A DNA stretch of 64,000 nt, taken from positions 128,001-192,000 of the forward strand of contig JBEIPA010000002.1 in the NCBI GenBank assembly GCA_040377305.1. The letters are read 5' to 3'. Shown here one piece after another: positions 50,601-60,800 of the stretch. The translations under genes were made by a program, and so were the position numbers. Positions within the stretch are counted from its first letter, which is position 1; every line of letters starts with the position of its first letter. Below the pieces are notes generated by a model. It ran no database searches, was not told where the DNA came from, and was given only the letters and a program-made list of their open reading frames with translations. Origin of the DNA: Flavobacteriales bacterium. Lineage in GTDB: Bacteria > Bacteroidota > Bacteroidia > Palsa-965.

Positions 50601-53600
50601 GCAAACGGAACTCCGTCTGTAACACCACCACTCCACGCATACGAAGAGCCGCCAAAACCGTTCAGAGTTACCATTGTTCCTGCACACACTGTTGCAGAAG
50701 GAGAAACACCAGTTGTAATTGTTGGCGCCGGATTAACTGTGATTGTTGTGGTCGCCGTATTGGTACATCCAACTGCGTCGGTGCCGGTTACGGTGTAGGT
50801 TTGAGTTGACGCAGGAATAAATGCAACTCCATCCGTCACACCTCCGCTCCACGTGTATGAAACACCACCAGTGCCATTCAGTGTGACTGCAGTTCCAGAA
50901 CAAACTGTTGTTGCCGGTGCCGCTGTTGAACTGATTGAAGGTGATGTACCAACAACAACAGTAATTGTTGCTGTACTGCTGCAACCGATTCCGTCTGTTC
51001 CAGTAACGGTATAAGTTTGTGTTGCTGCAGGTACAAATGCCAGACCGTCAGTAACTCCACCCGTCCAGGTATAAGTAATTGCACCACCACCCGTCAATGT
51101 TACCGGTGAGCCGTTACAAACAGTTGTTCCTGGAGAAGCATTTGCAGTTACCGTTGGAGCAGGATTAACTGTAACTGTTGCGGTTGCAGTTCCTGTACAT
51201 CCATTGCCATCTGTTCCAGTTACGGTGTATGTCTGTGTTGATGTCGCAGAGAATGCAACACCATCTGTAATTCCACCACTCCATGTGTAAGTTGTTGCTC
51301 CGTTTCCGCTTAGCGTAACCATAGTTCCGCTACATACGGGTCCAGAAGGTGAAGCCGTTGAACTTACCGTAGGGTTTGGATTTACCGTTATCGTGATCGT
51401 AGCTGTATTTGTACAACCAGAAGCATCTGTTCCATTTACAACGTAAGTAGTCGTTGAAGGCGGAACGAACGCAACACCATCAGTAACACCACCACTCCAC
51501 GTGTACGAAGTTGCACCGGTTCCATTGAGTGTTACACTGCTTCCATTACACACTACCGTTCCCGGAGTTGCGGTTGCGCCCACTGTTGGAAGTGGATTTA
51601 CGGTTACGAGAACTGTAGAAGTGTTTGTACAACCATTCACGTCTGTTCCCGTTACTGTGTACGTTGTTGTTGAAGGAGGTACAAAAGAAATTCCATCGGT
51701 AACTCCACCACTCCATGTGTAAGAAGCTGCACCTGTACCGTTTAATGTAACAGCACTACCACTACAAACTGTTGCAGAAGGAGCTGCCGAAGTTCCTACT
51801 GTTGGAGCAGGATTCACGGTAATCGTTACGGTAGAAGTTGCAGTGCATCCTGCTACGTTTGTTCCGGTAACCGTATATGTTGTTGTTGCCACTGGTGTAA
51901 ACGCAATTCCGTCTGTTACACCACCAGTCCATACGTACGATGAAGCACCGGTTCCGCTGAGCGTTACACTTTCTCCGTCGCAAACTGTTGTGCCCGGTGA
52001 AACTGTTAATCCAACGGTTGGAACCGGATCAACAGTGATTGTAACAGTAGCAGAATTCTGGCAGCCGTTGATATCGGTACCAGTAACAGTATATGAATCT
52101 GTTGTTGGAGGATTGAATGCAACTCCGTCCATTACGCCACCAGTCCATGAATATGTACTTGCTCCGCCTCCACTCAATGTAACTGCATCACCCTGACAAA
52201 TTGTTGTTCCTGGTGTAGCTGTAATTGTTACTGTTGGTGTAGGATTGACGTTGATCGTTACAGTTTCAGTATCGGTACAACCGTTAATGTCTGTCCCCGT
52301 TACTGTATAAGAAGTTGTAGCTGAAATTGTGAATGGTACTCCATCTACAACACCACCTGACCATGCGTAGCTTGATGCGCCTGTGCCGGTGAGGCTGATA
52401 ACGCTGCCTTCACATACTGTAGTTCCCGGAACTGTAACAATTGCAACCGTTGGTACCGGAATTACAGTTACAGAAGCAACCGCAGTATTTGTACATCCAA
52501 GTGCATCAGTTCCAGTGACCGTGTAATCTCCGCTTACCGCCGGAGTAAATGCAACTGCATCGAAAATTCCACCTGTCCAGTTGTAAGTCACTGCACCGCT
52601 ACCTGAAAGTGTAATCGGACTTCCCGCACAAATAGCAAGTGATGGAGCCGCGCTGAAGGAAACAGTTGGTGCCGGGTTTTCTATAAGTGTATGTCCGGTT
52701 GCGGCTGAGTCGGCACAACCTGATGGAGCAGAAACCATCACGTTATAAATTCCCGGAGCGATAGCTGCAATTGTTTGCGCATTTTCTCCACTGATCTGAA
52801 TTCCGTTGAGATACCACTGGTAAGTTGTGCCTACACTTGAGGTAAGCGTGGTGCTTCCACCCTGACAATAACTTCCTGCACCTGAAATTGAAACGACAGG
52901 GCGAGGATTCACAGTGATGGTAATCGTTGCGGTGCTCGTGCAACCACTCAGTAAATCAGTTCCTGTTACCGTGTATGTTGTGGTTGCCACAGGAGCAATA
53001 ATAACGTTCGCACCTGAGAATGAACCTGGCATCCACAAATAGGTGTCGGCACCTGAACCCATCAGCATGCTTGAAGATCCTTCGCAAATTGTTGTTGCGC
53101 TTGCCGAGGCGCTGAGTGACGGAGCGGGATTAACTGTTACCGAAGTATTCGCTGTTCCTGTACAGCCGTTAATATCTGTTCCTGTTACGGTGTAAGTAAC
53201 CGACGACATTGGATTATCAACAACACTTGCTCCACTGAAAGATCCCGGCATCCACAAATAAGTTGATGCACCGAAACCATCAAGTGTAGTTGGTTCTCCT
53301 GCACAAATTGTTGAAGGAGTTGAAGAAGCTGTAACAGTTGGTAATGAATTCACAGTAACCGTTGCCATTGCCTGTCCTGTGCAGCCGTTCACATCAGTGC
53401 CCGTAACAGTATAAGTTGTTGTTGACGTTGGAGCAACTGTAACTGGTGATCCGCTCAGGAAACCAGGGAACCAGAAATAAGAGCTTGCACCGGATGCTGA
53501 CAGAGAAGTATTATCTCCATCGCAAATTGAAACGGCATTTGGAGTAACAACAACTGTTGGCGCCGGATTAACGTTAACACTTACTGTTGCTGTTGCTGTA

Positions 53601-56600
53601 CAACCGGAGCCATCTGTTCCTGTAACGGTGTATGTAGTTGTGCTTCCTGGTGTATCTGTTACACTTGAACCGGAAAGTGATCCCGGCATCCAGGTGTAAG
53701 TTACTGCACCGAACGCATCGAGGAATACCATATCACCTGCGCAAATCGGATCGGGTGCTGCAGTAGCGGAAACAGAAGGAGCAGCAATAACGGTGATGCT
53801 CACCATATCAGTTGCAGTACAACCGGTCGCGTCTGTTCCGATCACGGTGTATGTCGTATTCGAAGTTGGATTGACAGTAATCGGACTTCCGGAAATTGCT
53901 CCGGGATTCCACACGTACGTTGTTGCGCCACTGCCTGTAAGTTGCACAGGTGCTCCAGAACATATTGTTGTGAAATCTGCAGTAGCGGTCACCGTTGGAC
54001 TTGGAGCAACGGTTGCTGTAACCATTGCTGTGTTCGTGCAACCATTCGCATCTGTTCCTGTTACAGTGTAAGTGGTGGTTGATCCGGGTGTGTCCGTTAC
54101 AGGATTTCCGGAAGTAAACATGGGTGCCCAAATGTAAGTGTCGGCACCTGTAGCAGTTAGTGTAACCATTTCGCCGCCGCAAACCGGATCTGGATTAGAT
54201 GTTGCAGCGACTGTTGGAAGTGGATTAACAGTTACTGTAACTGTTTCCGTTCCGATACAACCATCCGTAGAAGTTCCGGTAACTGTGTAGGTTTGAGTTG
54301 ACGCCGGATTTGCATCGGGGTTGTTTATTGTTGAAGATGACAAACCTGTTCCGGGAGACCACACGTATGTATTTGCTCCGCTTGCAACAACGTTAACTGG
54401 AGCGCCGCCCGCACACAGCGAAGGAGCTGCAGGTGCGAAAGAAAGAACCGGAGTTGGATTGATCACGCATGCAACTTCAGTTGAAGTAGCAGACAATCCA
54501 CTTACGGTGCAAGTCACAACGCATACGTAGTACATCGTGTTTGACAACGCAACTGTCGTGTAGGTATCTGATGTTGCACCAACAACGTTTGTGTACGGCC
54601 CGCCAGCAACAGTAGATTCCTGCCACTGATAGGTGAATGGAAATCCTGTGGAGTGTCCGTTCAGTTCGAGATCAAAAGTACTTCCTTCGCATTGTGCAGC
54701 AGGAGAAGTTGTGGATGCTGTTCCGGCAGTTGGTGTGCCTGAGCATACTGCAAGAATACCATCGAATTCATCAGCGCCGATATCCGGAGCAAGTGCGCCA
54801 CCGTTTACTGATCCTACCGGACCTGGACGAGTATCTGCATCCCAGTCTGCAGTGATTCCAACGACTGCAATGCCACCGCTTTCAAGCAATGAAGGGGCTG
54901 CGAAAGGAATGTGCAGGTAGTCTGCATCGTTTCCGTTTAGACTTGAGAATGTAGGGTTAACAGAAACAGATTGCGCATCACGAGCTGGACCAACGCGGGT
55001 TTGATACTGCGCGAGAGTCTGATCGGAATTTGTTCCGTCAAAGAAAATAAAGTTCGATGCAGATGGTACCCCGGCGTAAAAAGAGTTGTTATTTGAGGCT
55101 GCGTTGTAACTGATTAATGAAGTGGTTGTACGTGTGTGAGCTACAACAACACCGGTTCCTGTTTGGGAGGACAAATTCACAACCAGATTATTCCGAAGCG
55201 TTACATCAGGACCAGTTGCAATGCGAATTCCGGATGACCCGGAGTTTGTTCCTCCCGCGATGTTTGCCAGGTATATGGTGTTGTAGGAAATTTCTAATGC
55301 CGTCCCTGCAACTACATTCAATCCCATCACAGCATCGTTCCCATTTGTGAGACCTGCACGTATATCTCCTACATAGTTGTTATAAATGTTGAGCGATGCG
55401 CAGTTAGTAATGTTGATTCCGGTAGCAACTCCGGTCGCGTTAGTATGTTCTAAATCGTAAATTTTATTGTCGTGAATTTCACTTGTGAGTCCGCTGAATA
55501 TTCCATAAATCCCGCAAGTAGGAGAAGCTCCGTTACCTACACCATTCAAGTCGTAAATTGTATTATTGTGAACATTAAAAGGCCCATTGCAATTAAAATC
55601 CATACCGATCGCTCCCAGCGTGAGGCTGGATGTTGATGCATTTCCAACAATATTATTCGCCAACTCGAAAGATGTAAACGCTGGAGCACCCGAGAACAGC
55701 ATGAGTGTCATTAAACCCGTACTCGTCACGCCTGTGATTGAGTTGCTGAACGCAGTTTGATTCCCTGAATTTCCGATCTGATATCGAATTCCAATAAAAC
55801 TATTCGCGCTGATGTTTAAAATCGTGTTACTTGAAACGTTGGTCCCGCTTCCGGAGTTGTTGATATCAATACCAACAACTGATAATCCTCCGCTCCAGTT
55901 CGACATCGTGTTACTCACAATGGTTCTGCTTACTGCCCCTGTTGCAGCACCACCGGTTTCTGTAATTCCATTAATTGTACCTCCTGCAACGGTGATATTG
56001 GAAAAAATATTATCCTGAATTGTTCTTGTCGCACCAATGGCAGACGCCCCGGTTCCCGCTATGCACGTAACTGAACCACCTGCACCTGTTTTTGAAAGAG
56101 CGCCGATAATAGCGTTGTTCGTTATATTAACAAAGCTGGATGCTCCGCCCGCAATTGTGTTGTTGATCAGGTTAACAGCCCCCGTTGTGTTGAGGGTTAG
56201 GTTGTCGAACGTGTTATTATTTATGAAATTGAAATTCATCGCACCGATATGCCGGATCAAGTCGACGGCCGACGATGACGAGGTATTAAAAATAAATCCG
56301 TGAAATGTATTTCCGCTAATTGCTACGCCCGCTCCGGCAGATCCAGAAGGACTTGAGGATATCCCTAAAACAAGACCCGTACTCGCCGAGGTAAAGGTGA
56401 TAGCATTGTTTATTGAATTACCGAGTTGATTGTCGTTAAGCATTGAATTGCCGCTGATAACAGCATTACACTGAATACCCGTAAATCCACCGGAAGGTGA
56501 TGCACTGGTATTATTGAGGATTTGGTTATTTCTAATTAGAAAAGAACTTAACGTTCCTCCAATGTTAATTCCCAGCAATCTTGATGTCGTTCCGGCATTA

Positions 56601-57655
56601 GTGACAGCGCAATTCTGAATAATATTTGAGTCTACAACCAGTGCTTCAAACGAGGATGAACTGGAATGATTAATTGCCTCGAACGTTCCACTTACCGCTG
56701 AGGAAGTCATGCTTATCGTGTTACCACAAATTCTATTCGTGCATCCTGAAGTTGGACTGGAAGTGGAGTAATTTTCAAAAATACCCCGAAACGCTACGGT
56801 CGGATTGACCGTAGTGGAAAGAGAATTGCCACGCACTGCAAAATTCATTTGATGATTCATGAAAATGCAATAACTCGTTCCGGTATTTGAAAAATATCCA
56901 CTTGCAGCGGCAGCACCTCCCCAGTTTGTAATCGTATTTCCCATGGTTCCGGAACCGATGATATTATTCTGGTCCATCATTCCGGGCGCACCGATGAACG
57001 CGATTCCCATGTTCACATTGCTGATAATATTCTGAACGATCGTATTAGCGGAGTTGGCTCCGGCAACCGATGACGCATCATTAACTACTGTAATACTTGT
57101 TGGACTATGACGGGAGTTACTATACACACCCCAGGTGTTTGTGTAGTTACGATTCAGGCTGATCGTGTTTGACATAATGACACAATTCTGCGCGCCGTCA
57201 GTCGGACTTGCATGAAGCAGAGCCACGCCCCACTCGGTCATATTATTACTAGCCGGAGTTGTATTCGCATTCGCTGGATTCTCCTGCATGATATACCCTT
57301 GAATACCGATATAATCAGATCCAATGATTTTGAAAATTCCATCATTCAGTGCCCCTGGTGTTAATGACCCCGAAGCCGTGATCGTATTTCCGCTTCCTGA
57401 AATCACAACCGGATTCGCTGCACTACTCGTGTTCGTAGTGATCTGATATCCTCCTGCTGGGGCAGTCTCCGGGAAACCGGCAAGATGTATAAAGAATACT
57501 CCACCAGGCCCAACACCAACTGTATTCAAATCTGTGATCGCGGTAGCAAGTGTCGGATAGTCGCCCGGGATTAATTTAATTCCCGTTAACTGTGCAGAAA
57601 TTTTTCCGCTAAATCCAATAACTGATAACAACAGGAGTAGTGCTGCTTTTTTCAT
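47654..57655 (-). CDS. Giant (3333 aa) T9SS type A substrate: N-terminal beta-helix plus about 30 Cys-paired Ig-like repeats, probable adhesin
   Basis: Signal peptide; ~950 aa of N.I.N beta-helix-like turns ending PDIGADE; repeats C.G..VTL.G.GA..Y.W.GG..DG..F.P..T.TYTVTGTD.NGC; CTD MYPNPNNGEF...GIYLV...KRVVVNR. Confidence 0.9.
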   Translation of the reverse strand: MKKAALLLLLSVIGFSGKISAQLTGIKLIPGDYPTLATAITDLNTVGVGPGGVFFIHLAGFPETAPAGGYQITTNTSSAANPVVISGSGNTITASGSLTPGALNDGIFKIIGSDYIGIQGYIMQENPANANTTPASNNMTEWGVALLHASPTDGAQNCVIMSNTISLNRNYTNTWGVYSNSRHSPTSITVVNDASSVAGANSANTIVQNIISNVNMGIAFIGAPGMMDQNNIIGSGTMGNTITNWGGAAAASGYFSNTGTSYCIFMNHQMNFAVRGNSLSTTVNPTVAFRGIFENYSTSSPTSGCTNRICGNTISMTSSAVSGTFEAINHSSSSSFEALVVDSNIIQNCAVTNAGTTSRLLGINIGGTLSSFLIRNNQILNNTSASPSGGFTGIQCNAVISGNSMLNDNQLGNSINNAITFTSASTGLVLGISSSPSGSAGAGVAISGNTFHGFIFNTSSSSAVDLIRHIGAMNFNFINNNTFDNLTLNTTGAVNLINNTIAGGASSFVNITNNAIIGALSKTGAGGSVTCIAGTGASAIGATRTIQDNIFSNITVAGGTINGITETGGAATGAVSRTIVSNTMSNWSGGLSVVGIDINNSGSGTNVSSNTILNISANSFIGIRYQIGNSGNQTAFSNSITGVTSTGLMTLMLFSGAPAFTSFELANNIVGNASTSSLTLGAIGMDFNCNGPFNVHNNTIYDLNGVGNGASPTCGIYGIFSGLTSEIHDNKIYDLEHTNATGVATGINITNCASLNIYNNYVGDIRAGLTNGNDAVMGLNVVAGTALEISYNTIYLANIAGGTNSGSSGIRIATGPDVTLRNNLVVNLSSQTGTGVVVAHTRTTTSLISYNAASNNNSFYAGVPSASNFIFFDGTNSDQTLAQYQTRVGPARDAQSVSVNPTFSSLNGNDADYLHIPFAAPSLLESGGIAVVGITADWDADTRPGPVGSVNGGALAPDIGADEFDGILAVCSGTPTAGTASTTSPAAQCEGSTFDLELNGHSTGFPFTYQWQESTVAGGPYTNVVGATSDTYTTVALSNTMYYVCVVTCTVSGLSATSTEVACVINPTPVLSFAPAAPSLCAGGAPVNVVASGANTYVWSPGTGLSSSTINNPDANPASTQTYTVTGTSTDGCIGTETVTVTVNPLPTVAATSNPDPVCGGEMVTLTATGADTYIWAPMFTSGNPVTDTPGSTTTYTVTGTDANGCTNTAMVTATVAPSPTVTATADFTTICSGAPVQLTGSGATTYVWNPGAISGSPITVNPTSNTTYTVIGTDATGCTATDMVSITVIAAPSVSATAAPDPICAGDMVFLDAFGAVTYTWMPGSLSGSSVTDTPGSTTTYTVTGTDGSGCTATATVSVNVNPAPTVVVTPNAVSICDGDNTSLSASGASSYFWFPGFLSGSPVTVAPTSTTTYTVTGTDVNGCTGQAMATVTVNSLPTVTASSTPSTICAGEPTTLDGFGASTYLWMPGSFSGASVVDNPMSSVTYTVTGTDINGCTGTANTSVTVNPAPSLSASASATTICEGSSSMLMGSGADTYLWMPGSFSGANVIIAPVATTTYTVTGTDLLSGCTSTATITITVNPRPVVSISGAGSYCQGGSTTLTSSVGTTYQWYLNGIQISGENAQTIAAIAPGIYNVMVSAPSGCADSAATGHTLIENPAPTVSFSAAPSLAICAGSPITLSGSGAVTYNWTGGIFDAVAFTPAVSGDYTVTGTDALGCTNTAVASVTVIPVPTVAIVTVPGTTVCEGSVISLTGTGASSYAWSGGVVDGVPFTISATTSYTVTGTDINGCTDTETVTINVNPTPTVTITATPGTTICQGDAVTLSGGGASTYSWTGGVMDGVAFNPPTTDSYTVTGTDINGCQNSATVTITVDPVPTVGLTVSPGTTVCDGESVTLSGTGASSYVWTGGVTDGIAFTPVATTTYTVTGTNVAGCTATSTVTITVNPAPTVGTSAAPSATVCSGSAVTLNGTGAASYTWSGGVTDGISFVPPSTTTYTVTGTDVNGCTNTSTVLVTVNPLPTVGATATPGTVVCNGSSVTLNGTGATSYTWSGGVTDGVAFVPPSTTTYVVNGTDASGCTNTATITITVNPNPTVSSTASPSGPVCSGTMVTLSGNGATTYTWSGGITDGVAFSATSTQTYTVTGTDGNGCTGTATATVTVNPAPTVTANASPGTTVCNGSPVTLTGGGAITYTWTGGVTDGLAFVPAATQTYTVTGTDGIGCSSTATITVVVGTSPSISSTAAPATTVCSGTAVTLNGTGGVSYTWSGGVTDGVAFIPASTQTYTVTGTDAVGCTNTATTTITVNPAPTITTGVSPSATVCAGTMVTLNGFGGSSYAWSGGVTDGVPFAASATTTYTITGTDMNGCTGTNTITVTVNPSPNINAVQSPAGPHCAGSTVALNGIGGISYTWCCGVTDGVGFVPLATATYTVTGTDFSGCTNTATVSVVVNPLPTVASTASPATTVCSGTAVTLSGTGAATYTWTGGVINGVPFTPTSTSTYTVTGTDASGCTNTATTTITVNPTPTVSSTTAPSSAVCAGTSVTLNGTGAVSYIWTGGVMDGVSFVPAATTTYTVTGTALNGCTATATTTVTVNPLPTVSNTTTPSPIVCSGTQVTLSGTGAVTYVWTGGVTDNVPFTAAATNTYTVTGTDANGCSSTATTTVTVNTSPTVSYNAAPGITVCTGTELTLDGTGAITYTWSDGVIDGNPFTPLTTDTLTLIGTDGNGCEDTVDVIITVDTLPVVTTTFSPNDTVCENAQLTLRGVGAATYVWSHGVTDNVAFPASATTTYTVIGTDGNGCSDTTTQDITVIAAPVVTITGNSTFCSGGNTVLTSSAGTAYQWFMNGSPIVGATSAMYTATTIGVYNVWVTNASGCSDSSATAVNVTINAVPTVVANASATSICDGSNVTLSGSGAVTYAWSGGVNNNVPFTPLGTLTYTVVGTASNGCTDSDTITVAVNTLPIVSTTGFPAYTVCEGTSVILNGNGAATYLWTGGVVDGVPFTPTITDTYTVTGTDLNGCSNTATATVTVNPNPVVDLGPDSTQCGTILLDAENVGSTYAWNTTDTTQMITATVSGTYMVDVTSSDGCTSSDTVVVTINTQPVVALGTDDTLCATSVTLDAMNVGGTYIWNDLSTGQTNVVTTSGTYFVEVTMPGGCIASDTINLVLHTPPTVTLALVLDTACLNMGSILLSGESPAGGTWSGPAVSGNSFDPMIAGIGTFEITYMYTDTNGCGGIVTDSILVDPCLTVLEPIVAFDFNMYPNPNNGEFNITIDGNETVQVLIYNGAGQLVIDQQVNAGAITPVSLEAAGIYLVTVVTNDGQQLTKRVVVNR

Positions 57656-57822
57656 CGACGATAAGGTTAATCTGTATAGGGGCTAGAGGTCCTTGAATCT
57701 CAATTTTTCAAGGACAACGAAAATCGGAAATTTCGGGCGTTTTTCCTTGCAAAATGTACAAGTACAACCCTTGAATTTGGGCGTAATTCGAAGGTTTTCG
57801 GTAACCTGCTTCGGGCAGAATG

Positions 57823-57858
57823 CAAAAAAATCCCGACTCCATTAAGAGTCGGGATTTT
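57823..57858 (-). terminator. Intrinsic terminator between the two giant genes
   Basis: Minus strand AAAATCCCGACTC-TTAATG-GAGTCGGGATTTT-TTT. Confidence 0.85.
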
Positions 57859-57877
57859 CAATTCATTAATGCCGGAA

Positions 57878-60800
57878 CTAACGGTTCACGACCACACGTT
57901 GTGTAGTGCGTGTTCCATCAGCAGTAACAACTACTACGCTGTACATACCAGAAGCTTCGATGTGAACATTGTTCTGAACACCGCAAGTTGCTTTCTGAGC
58001 AATTACAAGCTGACCAGTTGCACTGTATACATACACATCAACCAATCCTGAACCAGCAGGGATCAATGTGAAGTCACCGTTGTTAGGGTTAGGATATACA
58101 ACTGCACTTCCAACTTCGTTGTTGTCGATGCTGTTGCAGATGTCAACCAACATGCTGTCAATTGCAGCTGCCGAACATCCAGTAAGTGAATCCATGTACG
58201 TGTAAGTGATTGCATGCATACCGTTACCAGCTACACCCGGATCGAATGTATTTCCAGTTACACCAGTACCTGACCAAGTACCACCTGCAGGTGATTCACC
58301 ACCAAGTGTTACAGGTCCGAGCAACAGACAAGCTGTGTCAAGCGGCAACGATACAGTTACGTTAGGAAGTGCGTTTGCAGTGATTGCAAGTGATGCAGTA
58401 TCCATACAACCGTTAGCATCTGTTCCTGTAACGATGAACGTCATAGAACCAGTAGTTGTGTAAGGAACCATATCAGTTACACCATTATCCCAAGTGTAAG
58501 TAGTTGCACCACCACCCATGAATGTGATCTGATCACCAACGCAAACTGTAGAGTCCGTTGAAGATGCAGTTACAACCGGAAGTGGGTTAACTGTTAATGT
58601 AACAGTAGTCGTTGCAGAACATCCGTTAACGTCTGTACCAGTTACAGTGTATGTTTCTGTTGCGGCTGCAGGGAATGCAACGCCATCAGTAACACTTCCA
58701 GACCAAACATAAGTTGAAGCACCGCTTCCTGCAGGAGTTACTAAGTCACCAACGCAAGCTGTTGACGGAGTAACCGAAGCAGCAACGGTAGGAAGTGCAT
58801 TCACTGTTACTGTTACTGTAGCTGTGTTAGAACATCCGTTCGCGTCTGTTCCTGTTACTGTATAGGTATCAGTCACCGTTGCAGCGAATGGCACTGCATC
58901 AGTAAGACCACCGCTCCAAGCGTACGATGAAGCTCCACCACCAGCAGGAGTAACCATATCACCAGCACAAACTGTTGACGGAGTTGCAGAAGCTGTTACT
59001 GTTGGCAATGCATTTACCGTTACCAGTGCAGTAGCTGTGTTTGTACAACCGTTTGCATCAGTACCTGTAACAGTATAAGTTGTTGTAGACATTGCAGCGA
59101 ATGCAACGTTGTCCATAATTCCACCTGACCAAGCATAGCTCGTAGCACCACCACCTGTTGCAGTTACCATATCACCTGCGCACACCGTTGAAGGTGTTGC
59201 AGATGCAGTTACTGTAGGCAATGCGTTAACTGTTACCGTTGCAGTTGCAGTGTTCGAACATCCGTTACCGTCTGTTCCTGTTACAGTGTAAGTCTGTGTT
59301 GACAGTGCACTGAATGCAACACCGTCTGTAAGACCTCCACTCCAAACATAAGTTGAAGCACCACCGCCTGTCGGAGTTACCATATCACCTGCGCACACTG
59401 TAGAAGGTGCAGCTGTTGCAGTTACTGTAGGCAGAGGGTTAACTGTAAGCGTTGTGCTAGCTGAAGCAGAACAACCTGAAGTTCCTGTAACAATAACAGA
59501 GTAAGTTGTTGTAGTCGTCACAGCAGAAGCTACCGGGTCGGAAACGATCGTTGAATTCAGGAACGTTGCAGGTGACCAAGCGTATGTGAAAGCATCTACA
59601 CCACCAACAATTGTGATGATATAGTCTTCTGTTTCACCAAAAGTTGATTGAGCCAAGCAAGGATCCATGTCATTTGTACCTCCATGATCCACGTCGCGTA
59701 CACGCAGGCGTGTAGTACCGTTAACTGCATTCACAGGAACTGTGAAAACAAACGATGTTGATGCAGGCGCAGCTCCGAGGTCATCTGTTTCCCCGAGTTT
59801 TTCGCCGGCATTATTCAGCGTTCCGTTCTGGTTATAATCGATCCACGCAGCTACGTCATTGATAGTGTATGTACCAGCTACCAATGTAATCGTGTAAGTT
59901 GAACCAGCTGTAAGCGTCGTTGTGGTGTTCGCTGCTTGCGGGTACAACGTATAATATGGAGCTGTTGAAGGACCAGTTGGGTTGTTCAAAGTATTAACAA
60001 CAACACTGCTGATATAATCCCCGAAACCTGTTCCGTTAGAGTATACCGGCTGACAATAAGTAAGAACCGGAGCAGCTACTACAGAAAGTGTAGATGTTCC
60101 ATTCTCGCAGATGGTAGCAGGGCTCGCAGATGCAGTAGGCACTGGCGTATCACCGTAGTTAACGAGTGTTGTCGCTGTGCTTGTACATCCGTTGCCATCT
60201 GTACCTGTAACCGTGTAAGTTGTAGTTACTGTAGGTGAAGCTGTAACTGTTGATCCTGTTGTAGACGACAAGCCAGCTGCAGGCCCCCACGTGTATCCGG
60301 TTGATGTACCAGAAGCAGAGATTGCAACACCAGGTCCACCTGAACAGAACAATGCAGAAGTTGGAGACACCGTAAGTGTTGGTGCCGCGTTAACAGCTAA
60401 CGTAAGTGTTACTGTGTTAGTTGCAGCGCAAGCATCTGTAATCACCAACGTATATGTACCAGCTTCAGCCGGAGTTACACCGTTAATAGTCGGGTTCTGA
60501 ACTGTTGATGAGAAACTGTTCGGTCCGGTCCACGCATAAGTATACGGAGCTCCACCACCAACAGGTACAGAGTTCAACGTTACGTTAGTACCCTGACAAA
60601 CAGTTGATGCAGGTGAAATGCTGCCACTCGAGGTAAGCACAGAACCTGTAGTTACAGTTACTGTAGCAGGTGATCCCGGACAACCGCCTGAACTTGGAGT
60701 CACTGTCCATGTAGTCGTTGCCGAAACGTTGTTTGCCATTGGATTCGCAATAGTTGTACTGCTAAGGAAAGTTGCAGGTGACCATGCGTATGTTACAGCT